This document shows, piece by piece, positions 11,754 through 23,500 of a stretch of 64,000 nt of DNA. Each line of letters begins with the position of its first letter. Within the stretch, counting starts at the first letter, position 1. Below the pieces are notes generated by a model. It did no database searches, was not told the origin of the DNA, and saw nothing but the letters and a program-made list of their open reading frames with translations. Source of the stretch: Gonapodya sp. JEL0774 (lineage: Eukaryota); assembly GCA_027604505.1 (NCBI GenBank), contig JADIIX010000006.1, positions 124,001 through 188,000 of the forward strand, in the 5' to 3' direction. A program made the position numbers and the translations under genes.

Positions 11754-12870
11754 TCAATCACCGTAATACGAATATCCATGTTCATAACCTTGCCCGCCCA
11801 ATACCATTCTTCCTTGATCATCGTCCATCTTTATGCCGGATCCCACCATTCCCCCATTGACCATTCCACCAGGCAAACCCACAGCCATCCCTCCCGACAA
11901 GAAATCCGCGGCCGCATTCGGATCCGACATTAACAACGCCTCAGCGACCCGATCCACCAGCGCTTGGGCCGCAGCGCGACGAGAATTGTTCGGGTCACCA
12001 TCTTGAATCCCAAGCGATTGAGGGGACGGAATCGACATATTCCCAGGAGACATCCCTGGCGACATTCCGGGCGACATTCCGGGCGACATAGTCGAGCCAG
12101 GATGGTGATGTGTAAGGTGCTGCTGTTGTTGTGCATGACCTCCCGGCCCATGCTGGTGTCCGTGCTGGTGCCCGTGACCTACTTGTCCAAGGTGGCTGTG
12201 GCCAATAACACCTTGTTGGACGCCATGTCCTCCTTGCGCCTGTGCCTGCGCCTGCGCAGCTTGTAGCAACCTCGCCAACACGTCTAACTGCGGGTCTACA
12301 GCCTCTACACCGGGTTGTGAATGAGATGTAGAGGGCTGAGGAGTCAAAGGTTGCTGACCCATGATTGCTCCACCACCCTGCGATTGACCATAGGAAGCTG
12401 CTGCTGCTTGTGTTGCTGCTGCGAGTGTCGACTGAAGCTGCTGCGCTTGCAGCAGCAGCGTCTGTAGTGCAGCAAGTGTGGGCGGCTGATCTTGCGGCTG
12501 CTGAAGTGAAGATTGCACGAGAGAGGCTTGTTGTTGTTGTTGCTGCTGGAGTTGTTGTGGCGATGATAATGGGAGAGGCTTGGGGTGCTGAATCGGTGGT
12601 GGGCCGCTGGGATTGGGGCCGAGGCCAATACTTTGAATATGCGGAGGGTTCGGGTGCGAAAACGAGTGAGAGTGTGATCGCTTTACGGACATCTGTCGGC
12701 GAGGGGGTGGAGGGGACGTGGTGGTGGGAGGAGCGCTAGGTTGCCAGGGAGGTGGTATGTGGGAAGTGGGGCTTGCTATTTGAAATTGAGATAAGGTTGG
12801 TTGTGGTTGCTGTTGCTGCTGGTGCTGCTGCTGCTGTTGTTGCTGTTGCTGTTGCTGTTGTTGTTGCTGT

Positions 12871-12914
<44 letters not shown>

Positions 12915-14924
12915 TTGCTGCTGTTCGTCTCTTCTCTGCTGATCTTCCCAAACTCTTGCTTGCTGTCCAATTTGTTGATGTCCTTGCTGGCCCGGATATA
13001 CCGCCCTTGCCGCAAACGGATCGGGGCTCCCGACATGTGAATTTGCGCTCCCGTTCCCGTTCGCGCCTCCTTGCCCAATTGGTGCCTCTCCCTGATTTCT
13101 TCTCAGCCTCTCATTTTCCTCGACCAGCGCAGCCACCTTGCTGGCCAAATCCTGCGAGCTCTCGGCAAGCTGCTGGTTGCGGGCTCGTAGCGAGTCATTT
13201 TCGGATTGAAGGTGAGTGGCGGTGGATTGGAGGGCGACCACTTCTTGTTGGAGAATGAGGTACGAGTGGGCCTGGCGGGGTATGTAATTTAATACCGATT
13301 AGTTTGGAATGAGTCCAAGCAAATGGGCCACTTACACACGAATTCGGCGGCACACGCAACGTACCTTACGCTCCCTACTTCGCTTCGCGGACTCAATGTT
13401 TTGTGCTCGGCGGGTTGCAAGGGCCTGAGTAAAGGGCGAGGAAAGGGGGTGGGCAGGTGGAAGTTCGTGGGAGAACCAACAACGGAACAATCAGAATTCT
13501 GGTGAGTGTCGACAAGATCTGGAAAGAAGTAACAAGTGCGAAGAGACTGCAACAATCATGCTTGATTTCGACACTGCGACTGTCACTTCTGATATTATGC
13601 TTGCAACGTGTTTTCAGAGTCTGATCAGATAAATAACTGTGGATTCTGATGTCCCCGACGGATCCTCAACAACATTAAGCGAACACTTCGCGTCCGGCCG
13701 TCCCAGAAGTGAGACGAATAAGATAGTTGCGTCAACTTACCTCAGGTGTCAAAAGCTTGGCTGTAATAGCAAGGCATCGATCATGTTCAATGGTAGTTCA
13801 CGGGTTTAGCGGTGATTCAGGAGCAAGACGCAACGCAAGAGCCATCATATGTTTAGTTTCTCTGCAAAGACCGTCTTCCAACTTTAACTCTGGCACAATT
13901 CCAATCCCAGAGCTCTCCCCAATCTTTGGTATCAACTTACCAGGCGTCTTCTTCCTTTGTCTCTTCTTCTTATGCGCAGCTCCACCACCATCCAAGTCAT
14001 TTCCTGAGTCCGAGTGCATATCAGGTTGAGAGTTTGAGTGGTTCAAGGAGACTTGGGACGCATGCGAGGTGTGGGATGCTTGTGAGTTGATGGACTCCTC
14101 CCGGCGGAATGTCACAGGTATGGGAGGGGGCCGCTGCATATGGGTAAATATTGAAGGAGGTGCAGCAGACGAGAATTGGGAGAGAGGGAGTCCCATGGGT
14201 GCTTCAAGAGGGGGAGGATACGGCAAGGATTGAGCCATTTGACCGGGCACTTCTGACAGTATTTATCCAAAAACAGATTGTCCCCAATCATTATTGCTCC
14301 TCAGATTCTTGATATCAGAAGGCACCATTGGGTCAGTCGCTGAAACCCTGGAAAAGTGAGCAATTCCACGTGCAGACGCCGACATATTGTCGACACGACT
14401 CTCCTCACAGAGAATGACGAGTCAAAGGATCTTGTCAAGTGAAGTTTCTCCTTCGCAAAGCGATTCCCTTTACAGCGACCAGATTCGCCGTCTGCTAGGT
14501 CGACCATGATCAACTCAACAGGAGACTGAGGTGTATGCTCCTGCAATAGGATCGGCTCCAACACATACGTCAGGGATACGAATCCCAAACAAGAAGTTGA
14601 TCAAGGCGTGGCAGAACGATCACAGAAGAAGATCCGAACCAAAAACGCCAAACAGCGGTGAAACCTGCCCTCACCAACACCACAAAACGCACCTGACCCA
14701 TCAAAGGGAGGCAATCCGTCAAACGGATCAAACGTAGCTGCATCGCCAATATCGATATCACCGTCGACAAAGTCCACATCATTGTCAGAGTTCGAGAAAG
14801 ATGCTGATATTGACGGGGAGAGGGGAAGGAACTGGGTAGGGATAAAAATGGGTGGTGCGGAAACCGAGCGCCGCCTTCCAAAAGAAACAGGTTGGTCGGT
14901 CGTGAGAGCCGCCAGTCTGTTCAT
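11754..14924 (-). CDS. bZIP transcription factor with polyQ/prion-like C-terminal region
   Basis: KKTP|AKLLTPE|ALATRRAQNIESAKRSRERK (exon 13424-13365; N-x7-R)|AHSYLILQQEVVALQSTATHLQSENDSLRARNQQL (leucine zipper), then Q/P/G/H-rich. The 5' exons are tentative and the C-terminus may extend to 11508. Confidence 0.85.
12048..12089 (-). repeat. 12-bp tandem repeat encoding (MSPG)n
   Basis: gacattccgggc-like units; protein MSPGMSPGMSPGMSPG. Confidence 0.85.
12807..12923 (-). repeat. CAG/CAA trinucleotide repeat encoding Q33-H-Q5
   Basis: 12825-12923 is 33 consecutive Gln codons on the minus strand. Confidence 0.95.
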
Positions 14925-15857
14925 GTTGCGACTTTGTGGAAGACTTGGCGGGTTTCACTGGGGCACAAAGGCTGGAGCCGCACGCCTCTTCACTTGCAGT
15001 GCCAACTCAGTCGGCACCAATTACTGGGCACATCTCCAACTCACACCAGCTTGTCAAACTTGTACGTTTTACTCTGATCGGTCCCAATATTCCTTTTCAC
15101 CTTTTGTCATCTGAAGTAGCTTATTCATTCCGTTGAATCAGCTTCCCCCCAATCGCACACGAGATGGAGTAGTTTCCTTCCGGATGCTCTGAACTCCATA
15201 ATTGAGAATAATTTCCTCTGTGTTACGAACTATTGTATACATTTTTCGCTTGTCGTGTACGTTCTCCCTCACTGCTGGGGAGTCCCCTTGCATCCCTGGC
15301 AAGAGCATGTGACGTGGTGCGTTTTTCTCGAAAATGTTCTATATCCCCACGGAGCTGAGTAAAAAAGATGTGCTTAAGATGCCGATAACCAAATGAAAGG
15401 GGAAAGGCGACATAGTGTCCGGCATGGAATCCAATCCGTTTTATGTACGCGAGCGTGAACTCCGCACACCAAGGTCAAGGTTTACATTTAAAAGAGCTGC
15501 ATCAAGGCTCTACCAGAGTTTATTACTCTGGACACACCATTATACATGTGTTCGATTGCCGTGCGAGAAGTGTAATCGTTGGGTTGCACGTTTTGCAGCA
15601 CACCCCCGTGTTGTCATCAAACCGATATGAGCGCCAAACGCTAATCACGGCGAGAATGAGGGTACACTCGAGCCTCATTCTAATCCATATATGTAGATAT
15701 ATGTTGCGTGAGAGGACCACCGCAACCAAAATAAATGACCGCTTCGGCACCCCACCCTCACCACTGACAAGCTCGGCTCCGGCATTCCTTTATGCCGGAA
15801 TGTCCTTTAACCGCCAACATCAACCAGTACACATAGCTCTCCGAACACGGAAAGATC

Positions 15858-17372
15858 ATGACTGCCTCGACAACTTTCGCGATTCCCTCCAATCCCCCCA
15901 AAGTCTATGGTTTCATCGGACTGGGGTCAATGGGATACGGAATGGCATCCAACGTCGCACGATCACTGCCATCGGGAACCACGCTGATTGTTTACGACGC
16001 GTGGCCTGCTTCGCTGGAGAGATTTAGGAAGGAATTCAATGGCGATAAAATATTGGTGGCAGGGAGTGTGGTTGAAGTTGCGCGAAGGGCTGATCTGCTC
16101 GTAACCGTGCTGCCGGTGAGGTGGTGGAGATCGCAGATTGCTGGCGGAGAATCCATGCTTACTACAGATATTGCGTCAGGGGCCAAAAGAATCGCGCGCG
16201 GTATGGACCGAAATGCTTCCCGAAGTCACTCAGGGCAAAGTGCTCATTGAATGGTACGCGAATCTGACAATTTGTTGCCGTCACTGATCTCTGGACTGAT
16301 GCTGTTTGGTCTGGCAATAGCGCCACTGTTGGAGTGGAACTTGTGAAGGAAATGGCACCCCTAGTCGCTGCACGCGGTGGTACAATGGTGGATGCGCCAA
16401 TCAGTGGAGGTGAGCATGATCCCTGCTATTGACTTCGTGAGGAATATGCGTAGTTATCCCGGTGCTCACAATTCAAACATTGTCCATAACACGAACTACC
16501 TAGGTGTTGCCGGCGCCAACAATGGTACTCTCACGTTTATGGCTGGGGTGGAAGACTCTACCCCAGGTGGGCATGTGGACTGGTTTCTCAAGTTTTTTCC
16601 CTTAATCGACCTGTCTCTTGTGAGCAGACCCTACTGGGGAACGTTCAGTTGACGCAACGACACCAATTCTGCAATACGCTCGAGTCATCTTGGATGCCAT
16701 GGGCAAGGTACTTATGGAGTCCTTTACTTTTTCATCACTCTTTTCAACTCTACCCCACTCAGAACGTTTATCTCTGCGGCCCTCCCGGCACTGGTCAAGT
16801 AGCTAAACTTGCCAACAATCTTCTCGTGTACCAAACAATGGTGGGCCTGGCCGAGAGCCTCCGGATGGCGGAAGCACATGGGGTACATCCAAGACTTGCG
16901 ACCGAGATCATGAAAAGGAGCACCGCGCGAAGCTGGGTGTTGGAGGGATAGTGAGTGTGAGGAGAGAGGGCCTGGTTTTTCTGGCGGGGAAGAATTCATT
17001 ATCTGATTTGTGGGGTGTCAACAGCCACCCAGTGCCGGGTATTGTTCCCGGTTTGCCTGCATCAAGGGGATATCAAATGCCTGGATTTCCAGTCACGGGT
17101 GGCATCAAAGACGGTAAGACTGCCGTGAGCTTTTCATCTGTGATTGTGTTCTGTTCTCACAAACTCTTGCGTTTGTGTTACCATAATGTCTCCCTCAATG
17201 AACTCCTCAAGTCAAATGCGCCCTAGACTGCGCTAAATCTGCTGGTACCCCAGCCACCATGGGCGAGGCGTCACTGCGGACGCTTGAAGCCATGGCAGCG
17301 GACGAGAGATTTGTGAAAAGGGACTTTTCGGTGGTGTGGGAGTGGTTGGGAGAGCAGAGGGAGGCGAAATGA
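15858..17372 (+). CDS. HIBADH: 3-hydroxyisobutyrate dehydrogenase family (beta-hydroxyacid dehydrogenase)
   Basis: GFIGLGSMGYGMA, VDAPISG|GVAGANNGTLTFMAG, CGPPGTGQVAKLANN, HPVPG..PASRGY..GF, DFSVVWEWL. Confidence 0.9.
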
Positions 17373-18073
17373 ATGTTGGAGCCATCTTTGTGAGTCTCAC
17401 ATGAATCTCGTTGTAATATTTTAGCGAAGAAGAAGATAATCACAGTCAACGCTCACCACAAGTCAGTCCTTGCGAAGAGTGTCATAGGTGTCAAAAAAAC
17501 ATCTTGATTCGGTTATCACTATTTGGCAAGAACGCAAACGTTCCTTGTACTCATTGCACTTCGCTCAGATTGAGAATTCACTTGAACACGCATGAATTTC
17601 AAGCATGCCAAGTACACACCTGAGCGAAAAGTCTCTGTATTGTTGGTCTCTACTTATCAACTGAGTGATACATCGCACAGATAACATTATTTACATTTAC
17701 GGCAAATACTTCCTGGTGTGTTCGCCGCGCTTCGACTTGGGAGTTGGTAGAAAATTGCATGGATTACTGCTCCACAATAATGAAAGGGGGCAGTTTTGTG
17801 TCTGGACAAACTCCACCAACCAGTGACCCCCATCACTGAGATTGAAATCAAAAATCTGCGCTCCAGAACGTGACGCTACGTGGCCAGCAGCTCAGATAGC
17901 TGAACACCTCTTCGGTTGGTTCGCTTTGGAAGCTTTGAGATTCTAGCAACCAGCAAGGCTCAGAAGCGTAACTGAAGCATCGCAACATCGAGATCATTTT
18001 GCTCCTCTCCTCTCTTCCTCATTCGTCATATCTGTCTGAGAACTCGCTGTATGGTGCAAGCCTGGCGAGTCGA

Positions 18074-20428
18074 ATGAATACCATCAACCAAACGAAAGGA
18101 GGAGTGCCCAGAACTACCGAACGCATAGTTATCAAAAGAAAACCAGTTCCTACACTTCCCCAGTCTGGATCAAACACGGATATTGGTGGCAGCGACACGT
18201 CCATTGATTCCACACCTCTTCAATGCCTTACTCCCCCCATACCCCCATTAGCCTCAAATACTCACGGCACTCCCATATCCTCTGTGGCACAGTTTGTGCG
18301 CAGACAAGAGGGTCGCATCGCTCAGTCAAGCATCAACCTGCCGCCCAGATCGGTGCCGGCATCACGGGCGATAAATGCTGACTCTGCACGGAGCACTAGC
18401 CCAGACCAACCTCCATTGAATCAACAGCCTGCTTTACCCCCGAGGAGAGCACAGTCAGCATCGTCGCCGCAGACTGACTCGGCAAGGCAGGCTTCCACAC
18501 GCGCACAGTCGGTCCTGAAATCGGAAGAAGACGACGAAGACCTCCATAGCGGCGAGGACCGCAAAGACGAGAACCTTCGAGAACCTTCCAAGCCTGTTAC
18601 ACCACCGCGACTGCGCTCGCGATCTCTGTTATCGACTCCCACTCCTTCATCTGGCACATCTGACCACAGACCTCTACCGCCCTTGCCCCCACCTGCAAAA
18701 ACTCCGACCGGCGTCTCCGCAGTTATTCGCCGTGTACCTCCTCCACCCGTTCCTCGGTCCTCTCTCCCAACTTCTAGTTACATTTCTCAGACAAATGCAC
18801 ACAGTCGTTCTTCGTCTTCGTCTTCTACCACCTCTTTAAACACGTCCGCCGCACACTCCGCCGCCAAGACCTCACTTATTCGGACAGTTTCAAATGAAAA
18901 TATGATAATTGCTGACCGCAGTAGTGAAGATGACTGCCGAAGCGAGAACAACGTGCGACATGCGCGTTACGCATTCTCTCGAGTCACCAAAAGGAACGTC
19001 ACAGTGGTAAGAACAGGAGGTGAAGGTGGCAGTACAACTATTCGAGACGGTGATGTCGATATTTCGAACAAAGGAGGTGGTGACAGGTCCGCGAACAGTT
19101 TTTGATGTTACGTCCGATTTCTCGATACTTATGTAACGTCTCGAAACCCACCTCCAGCTGGTCAAGTGGTGCTCTGGTCGGGTCTAAAAAGGTCTCGATT
19201 CAGGATAGGTACTATTCAGGCGCCGCCTACACTGTTACACTACCAATTGATAGCTTACACAGTTGCACCAGCCCACTCATGGTCGTACCGGCTCGCAATC
19301 CTTTCACCTCCTCTCGTCTCCCATCACAACCCCCACACGTCCCGCCAACTCAACAATTTCGGCGTCCCATCCCACTCCCACTGACTAGCGGCAGTTCTGT
19401 CGCGCCTGTTCGGCTAAACCAAGGTGCACCCTCCACGCCTGTGCTTGCACCTTCCGATGATCCCTGCACCGCACAAGACCTCCGTACCCGACTTGAAGCT
19501 CTCGACGAGGAGTTTTTACAGCATAGGCGCAAAACAATTGAAAGAACAAAAGAAATCGAAGGTCAGAGTTTTATGGGTTGGTGGGAGAACCTGCCCACAT
19601 CTCATACTCCTCTTCCCTCCTATTAGCCTCTCATACATCCCTCCTCACATCCTTACGCACGATCTCCACGGCTCATCTTCGCACTACACAGCTGCTTCTC
19701 TACAACAAGCTACGGCTCGAACGACAAGTAACTTCCTTCGGTGGTAAACCCGTAACCCGGAGCTCAGTTGACGGTATGGCATTTGAACCAGACGAAAGTG
19801 AATTGGACAAGCTGATTGAGGGGATTAAGAAAGAGGTGGCGGCCAGTTGGGATCCGTCGATTGCAGCGGGAGGAGAGGATGTGCAGACAAAGGACGCTGG
19901 AGTCACAGGAGAGGTCATCAGAAGACGAGAGGTTGAAGTAAGTACCTGCTTAGTTGTCAGTGACCTTCACAATTTTGATGATTGCATCCTCTACGTAAGT
20001 CTCGACTCCGTGGCCTCTTGCTCCAATTAGCGTCTCTCGACAGCCACGCAGATTCCACGGAGCGCGAAGTTCGTGGAGCAATAAAGAATGTTGAGGAAAA
20101 GATTGTGCGGGGAGGAAAAGCGGCGGGTGGCGAAGTTGAGGGACTGTTAACAGGGGTGTCACCAGTGATTGAATCCCAGTATGACACACCAACGCACCAA
20201 CATTTCATTACACAAGACGCTTCCAGTCATGGATCGGGTTCGGCCCCTTCTTTTTCACCAATTCAAATCTCATTCGACCATCTGGCCTCTTGCACCACGC
20301 AATCCCCACATGCATCGGCCAACTATGTGTCCAGCACCGCCGTGCTCTCCAAGTTATCAGACATACCTACCGGCAATCTGGTATCCTCTTTCGGAGAAGA
20401 GATGTTCAAGGCACTGGGGGCCTTTTGA
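18074..20428 (+). CDS. Hypothetical Pro/Ser-rich protein with C-terminal helical region (exon structure and stop uncertain; may end at 20083)
   Basis: Long first exon (ORF 17999-19105) followed by tiled ORFs separated by GT..AG segments; no recognised domain. Confidence 0.55.
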
Positions 20429-20580
20429 AGGAGGGAAATCATTTTTGACAACGTACAACGTGCATATAATACTCAAATTACATAACGTTATCATAAACAA
20501 AATATTGACGCTCCTGAATAACAACCCAATAAAAGCGCTATCATAGAATAAAAGGATGGATAGGAGACTCGAGCGGCAGC

Positions 20581-23500
20581 TCAATCGTCAGCTCCCCGTC
20601 CCACCATAGAGTTATCTCGACTACTTCTACCGTTATTTCGCATATCCCGCTCAAAAGACCTCTCACCCACCGCCGACACGCTCCTGCCAAACAAAGTGAA
20701 AGACTTTCCCCCACCTCCATTGATATCGGTGGAGTGATCGGGGTCTGGTAGTCCTTCTGCTTCCGCTGCCTTTTTGAGCACGTAGGCACGTCCGGCACGC
20801 GACATGGTTTTCGTAAGCATCGCAGCCCGGCTAGCGTCGATGGGCACGTGAACGGACTTGAGGGAGTCCATGTCACGTTCGAGCTTCATAATTTTGATGC
20901 GAGATCTTTGTGTTGCGGATTGGAGCTCCACGTTTTCCTGTATTTGGAAACGGAAAAGAAGGCCATATCAACGAGCTCCGAAACAGAAAAAGATATTTCA
21001 GCTTACCTGTTTCAGCTTCAGGTTTTCTTTCTTAAGCCCGTCCACGTATCGAATTTTCTGCTTGAGATTCTGGTGGCCCAAGAGTTTTGCGTATGATTCC
21101 GATGCCTCACGAGCCTCGCTTTCAGCCAAGTTGTTCTTCTGAAGCAGCAGTGCAAGACGGTCCGACAAACTGTCTTCGAACTTCATACGATCTTCTTCGA
21201 TTTCGCGAATCTTCGCATTGAGCCTACAATATTTCATTTTGTGTCAATTCCCCCAGTGCTTTGATTTTGCGGTGAAATCCACTCACTTCTCAATTTCTTG
21301 GTGGAGCTGAATATTCTGCATTTCCAATTGTTCCGCAAGCCGCAATGTCGCCTCTACCGATGCCGCGTCTCTCGCTCTGGCAGCAGCTTCCTGCAATAAC
21401 GCAGTTATTTCGTCCTGTACCTTTGCCTTCTCTGCTGCGATCTGCTCATATGCCTCCGCGAGGTTGTTGTAGTTACCGCTAAGCTCTTGCAACTGACGTT
21501 TCAAATCCTCATTTAACTGCTCCAATCTGCGAACGGAATCTCGGTGTTCATCTTGCCGAGCCTTTGTCAGAGCTTCCCTGAGTTGCTCCCGTTCTTGAGA
21601 AGCACGAGTCAAGTCCGTGACGAGACTCTCATTTGACTCCTTCTCGGAGCGGATGGCGTCTTCCAGCTCGGCATTTCGTGCTAGAAGATCGTCCAGTTCA
21701 CGCTCAAGCTGGGCTCTATCCTCCCGAGATTTGTCCTTTTCAGCCTCGAGTTCGGCAAGCGCTTGGTTGAGTGAGGCACGGGCTTTCTCAAGAGCATTCT
21801 GAAGCTCACGAACGCGAGAGTCTCGCTCCAAAACAGCGCGATCAAGACGTTGAAGCTGGGTCAGCATGTCCTGCATTTTTCGCTTGAGAGACTCCAGCTC
21901 CCCTTCTAGTGTTGCACGTTCCTCTCTTAGTTTTGCTACCTCTTCTCCAGAAATGACACCTGCATTTGAGATTGCATCGTCCCGCGCCGAAATAGCTTCC
22001 CTCAGTTCTGTTGCCATGCTGCTCAATTCCTCCTGAAGTCTTCCAATGTGCTCGTCTTTTCCATCCAAATGCATCGTGACCTCATTCGCCAGCTGCTCCA
22101 TCTCGGATTTGAGGCGCGAAATCTCTTTATCCTTGTCAGCCAGATCAGACTCAAAAGTTCTTGATGCCTGTCCGAGAGCATCAGCAAAGTGATCGCGTTT
22201 CGCGAGTGCCTCTCGAAGAACTGCTTCCACGTCCCTCAATTGCGAGCGTAGGTTGTCAACAATATCATCACGCTCCCGGACGGCGGCTTCAGTGTCCCGC
22301 AGCAAAATTGTTGCTTCCGAATGCAGCTTCTTGGCGGCTGCCAGAGAGGTCTCCAGCTCCTTGATCCGCCTTTCCATAGCCGCCATATCGTCTGTGTGAG
22401 CCTTCGAGTCCCGATCTCTGCTGCTCCGGGACTCCGAGAGTAATCTCTCGAGCCGGATGACAACTTCCTCCTTTTCTCGCGCTGTGTCACCCGCTTGGCC
22501 TGCCATAGCCTCCAAGTCTCCTAATTGTCTCCGAAGACCGTCGATGGTTTCCTGTTGTCTGCGGTTGAGTATCTCAACGTTCTCAAGTTTTCGCTTAATG
22601 TCCGAAACAGCTTCATCTGCATCTCGCTTGGTCCTTCTGAGCTCCTCCCCGGCATTTTGACCCCGTGTTTCCGCATCAGCGAGTGCGAGATTCAGACGAG
22701 TGAGCTCAGATTCTAGATGCCGAACACTGGTGAGGCTTGCCTCACGTTCAGCTGCGTTCTGGTGAGTTGCTTCTCTCATTGCCGACTCAGTATCTGTAAG
22801 ATGACGTCGAAGAGCATCGAGTTCTGCGGTAGCACCAGCAAGACGCGACGAAAGATCCGCCACAGTCGCCTATTCAGTGAGTTTAAAAATTTGGCGGGAA
22901 CTGGTCCATCAAAAACTGAAGCAACACACCTGGTATCCCTGTCCCTCTTCCCTCCTTTCCACGGTGACTCTTTCTATAACCTCTCTACTCTCTTTGCTAA
23001 CCCTTTCCACCATTTCTGTCTGTTCCTTTCGTGTTCTCTCAACCTCCTCTTTCGCTTCCCTCACTTTCTCTTCCATTTTCGCCGCCTTCTCGCCAGCCTC
23101 TTTAGCGATCCCTTCCATTCTACGCCTCGCTGCATCCAAGTCTCTTCTCAGACCCGCCAGATCTGTCTCCCGTTCTGCGACGACCTGTTTCAGCTCAACC
23201 TTTTGAGCCTCGGCCTGCTCTGCTCGTTCAAGGGCTTCGCGAGCCAGCTGCTCTACTTCTTCTACCCTACTCTCAGAGAGCCCATGGGCTTCTTCAATTT
23301 TGGCGATGTGGTCGTCCCTCTCGTCGAGAACCGTATTAAGCTCCCTAATATGCGAATCGCGATCCGCAACCTGAGACTCGAGATCCACAATGCGCATTTC
23401 ATGTGCCTCAAGCGTCAATTCGAGCTCTTTGTATCGAGAAGTAATCTCCTCCATCGATGCTTCGAGGTGTTTCAATTGCAGTTCCCTCTCCTCAGCAACC

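Noticed and set aside
10495..11766. 423-aa plus-strand ORF
   Set aside because: It threads through the last exons and introns of the 2OG oxygenase and the antisense of the bZIP 3' end, and has no coherent domain.
12736..13258. Poly-Ala, poly-Leu and poly-Ser/Asn ORFs
   Set aside because: Alternative-frame and antisense shadows of the CAG/CAA repeat.
2936..17372. MATE, MTAP, HMGCL, 2OG oxygenase, bZIP and HIBADH as a metabolic gene cluster
   Set aside because: They belong to different pathways (Met salvage, Leu and Val catabolism) with no backbone synthase, so adjacency alone is not evidence.
22997..23004. CTAACCCT, resembling a telomerase RNA template
   Set aside because: An 8-nt match antisense within a coding exon is expected by chance, with no supporting structure.
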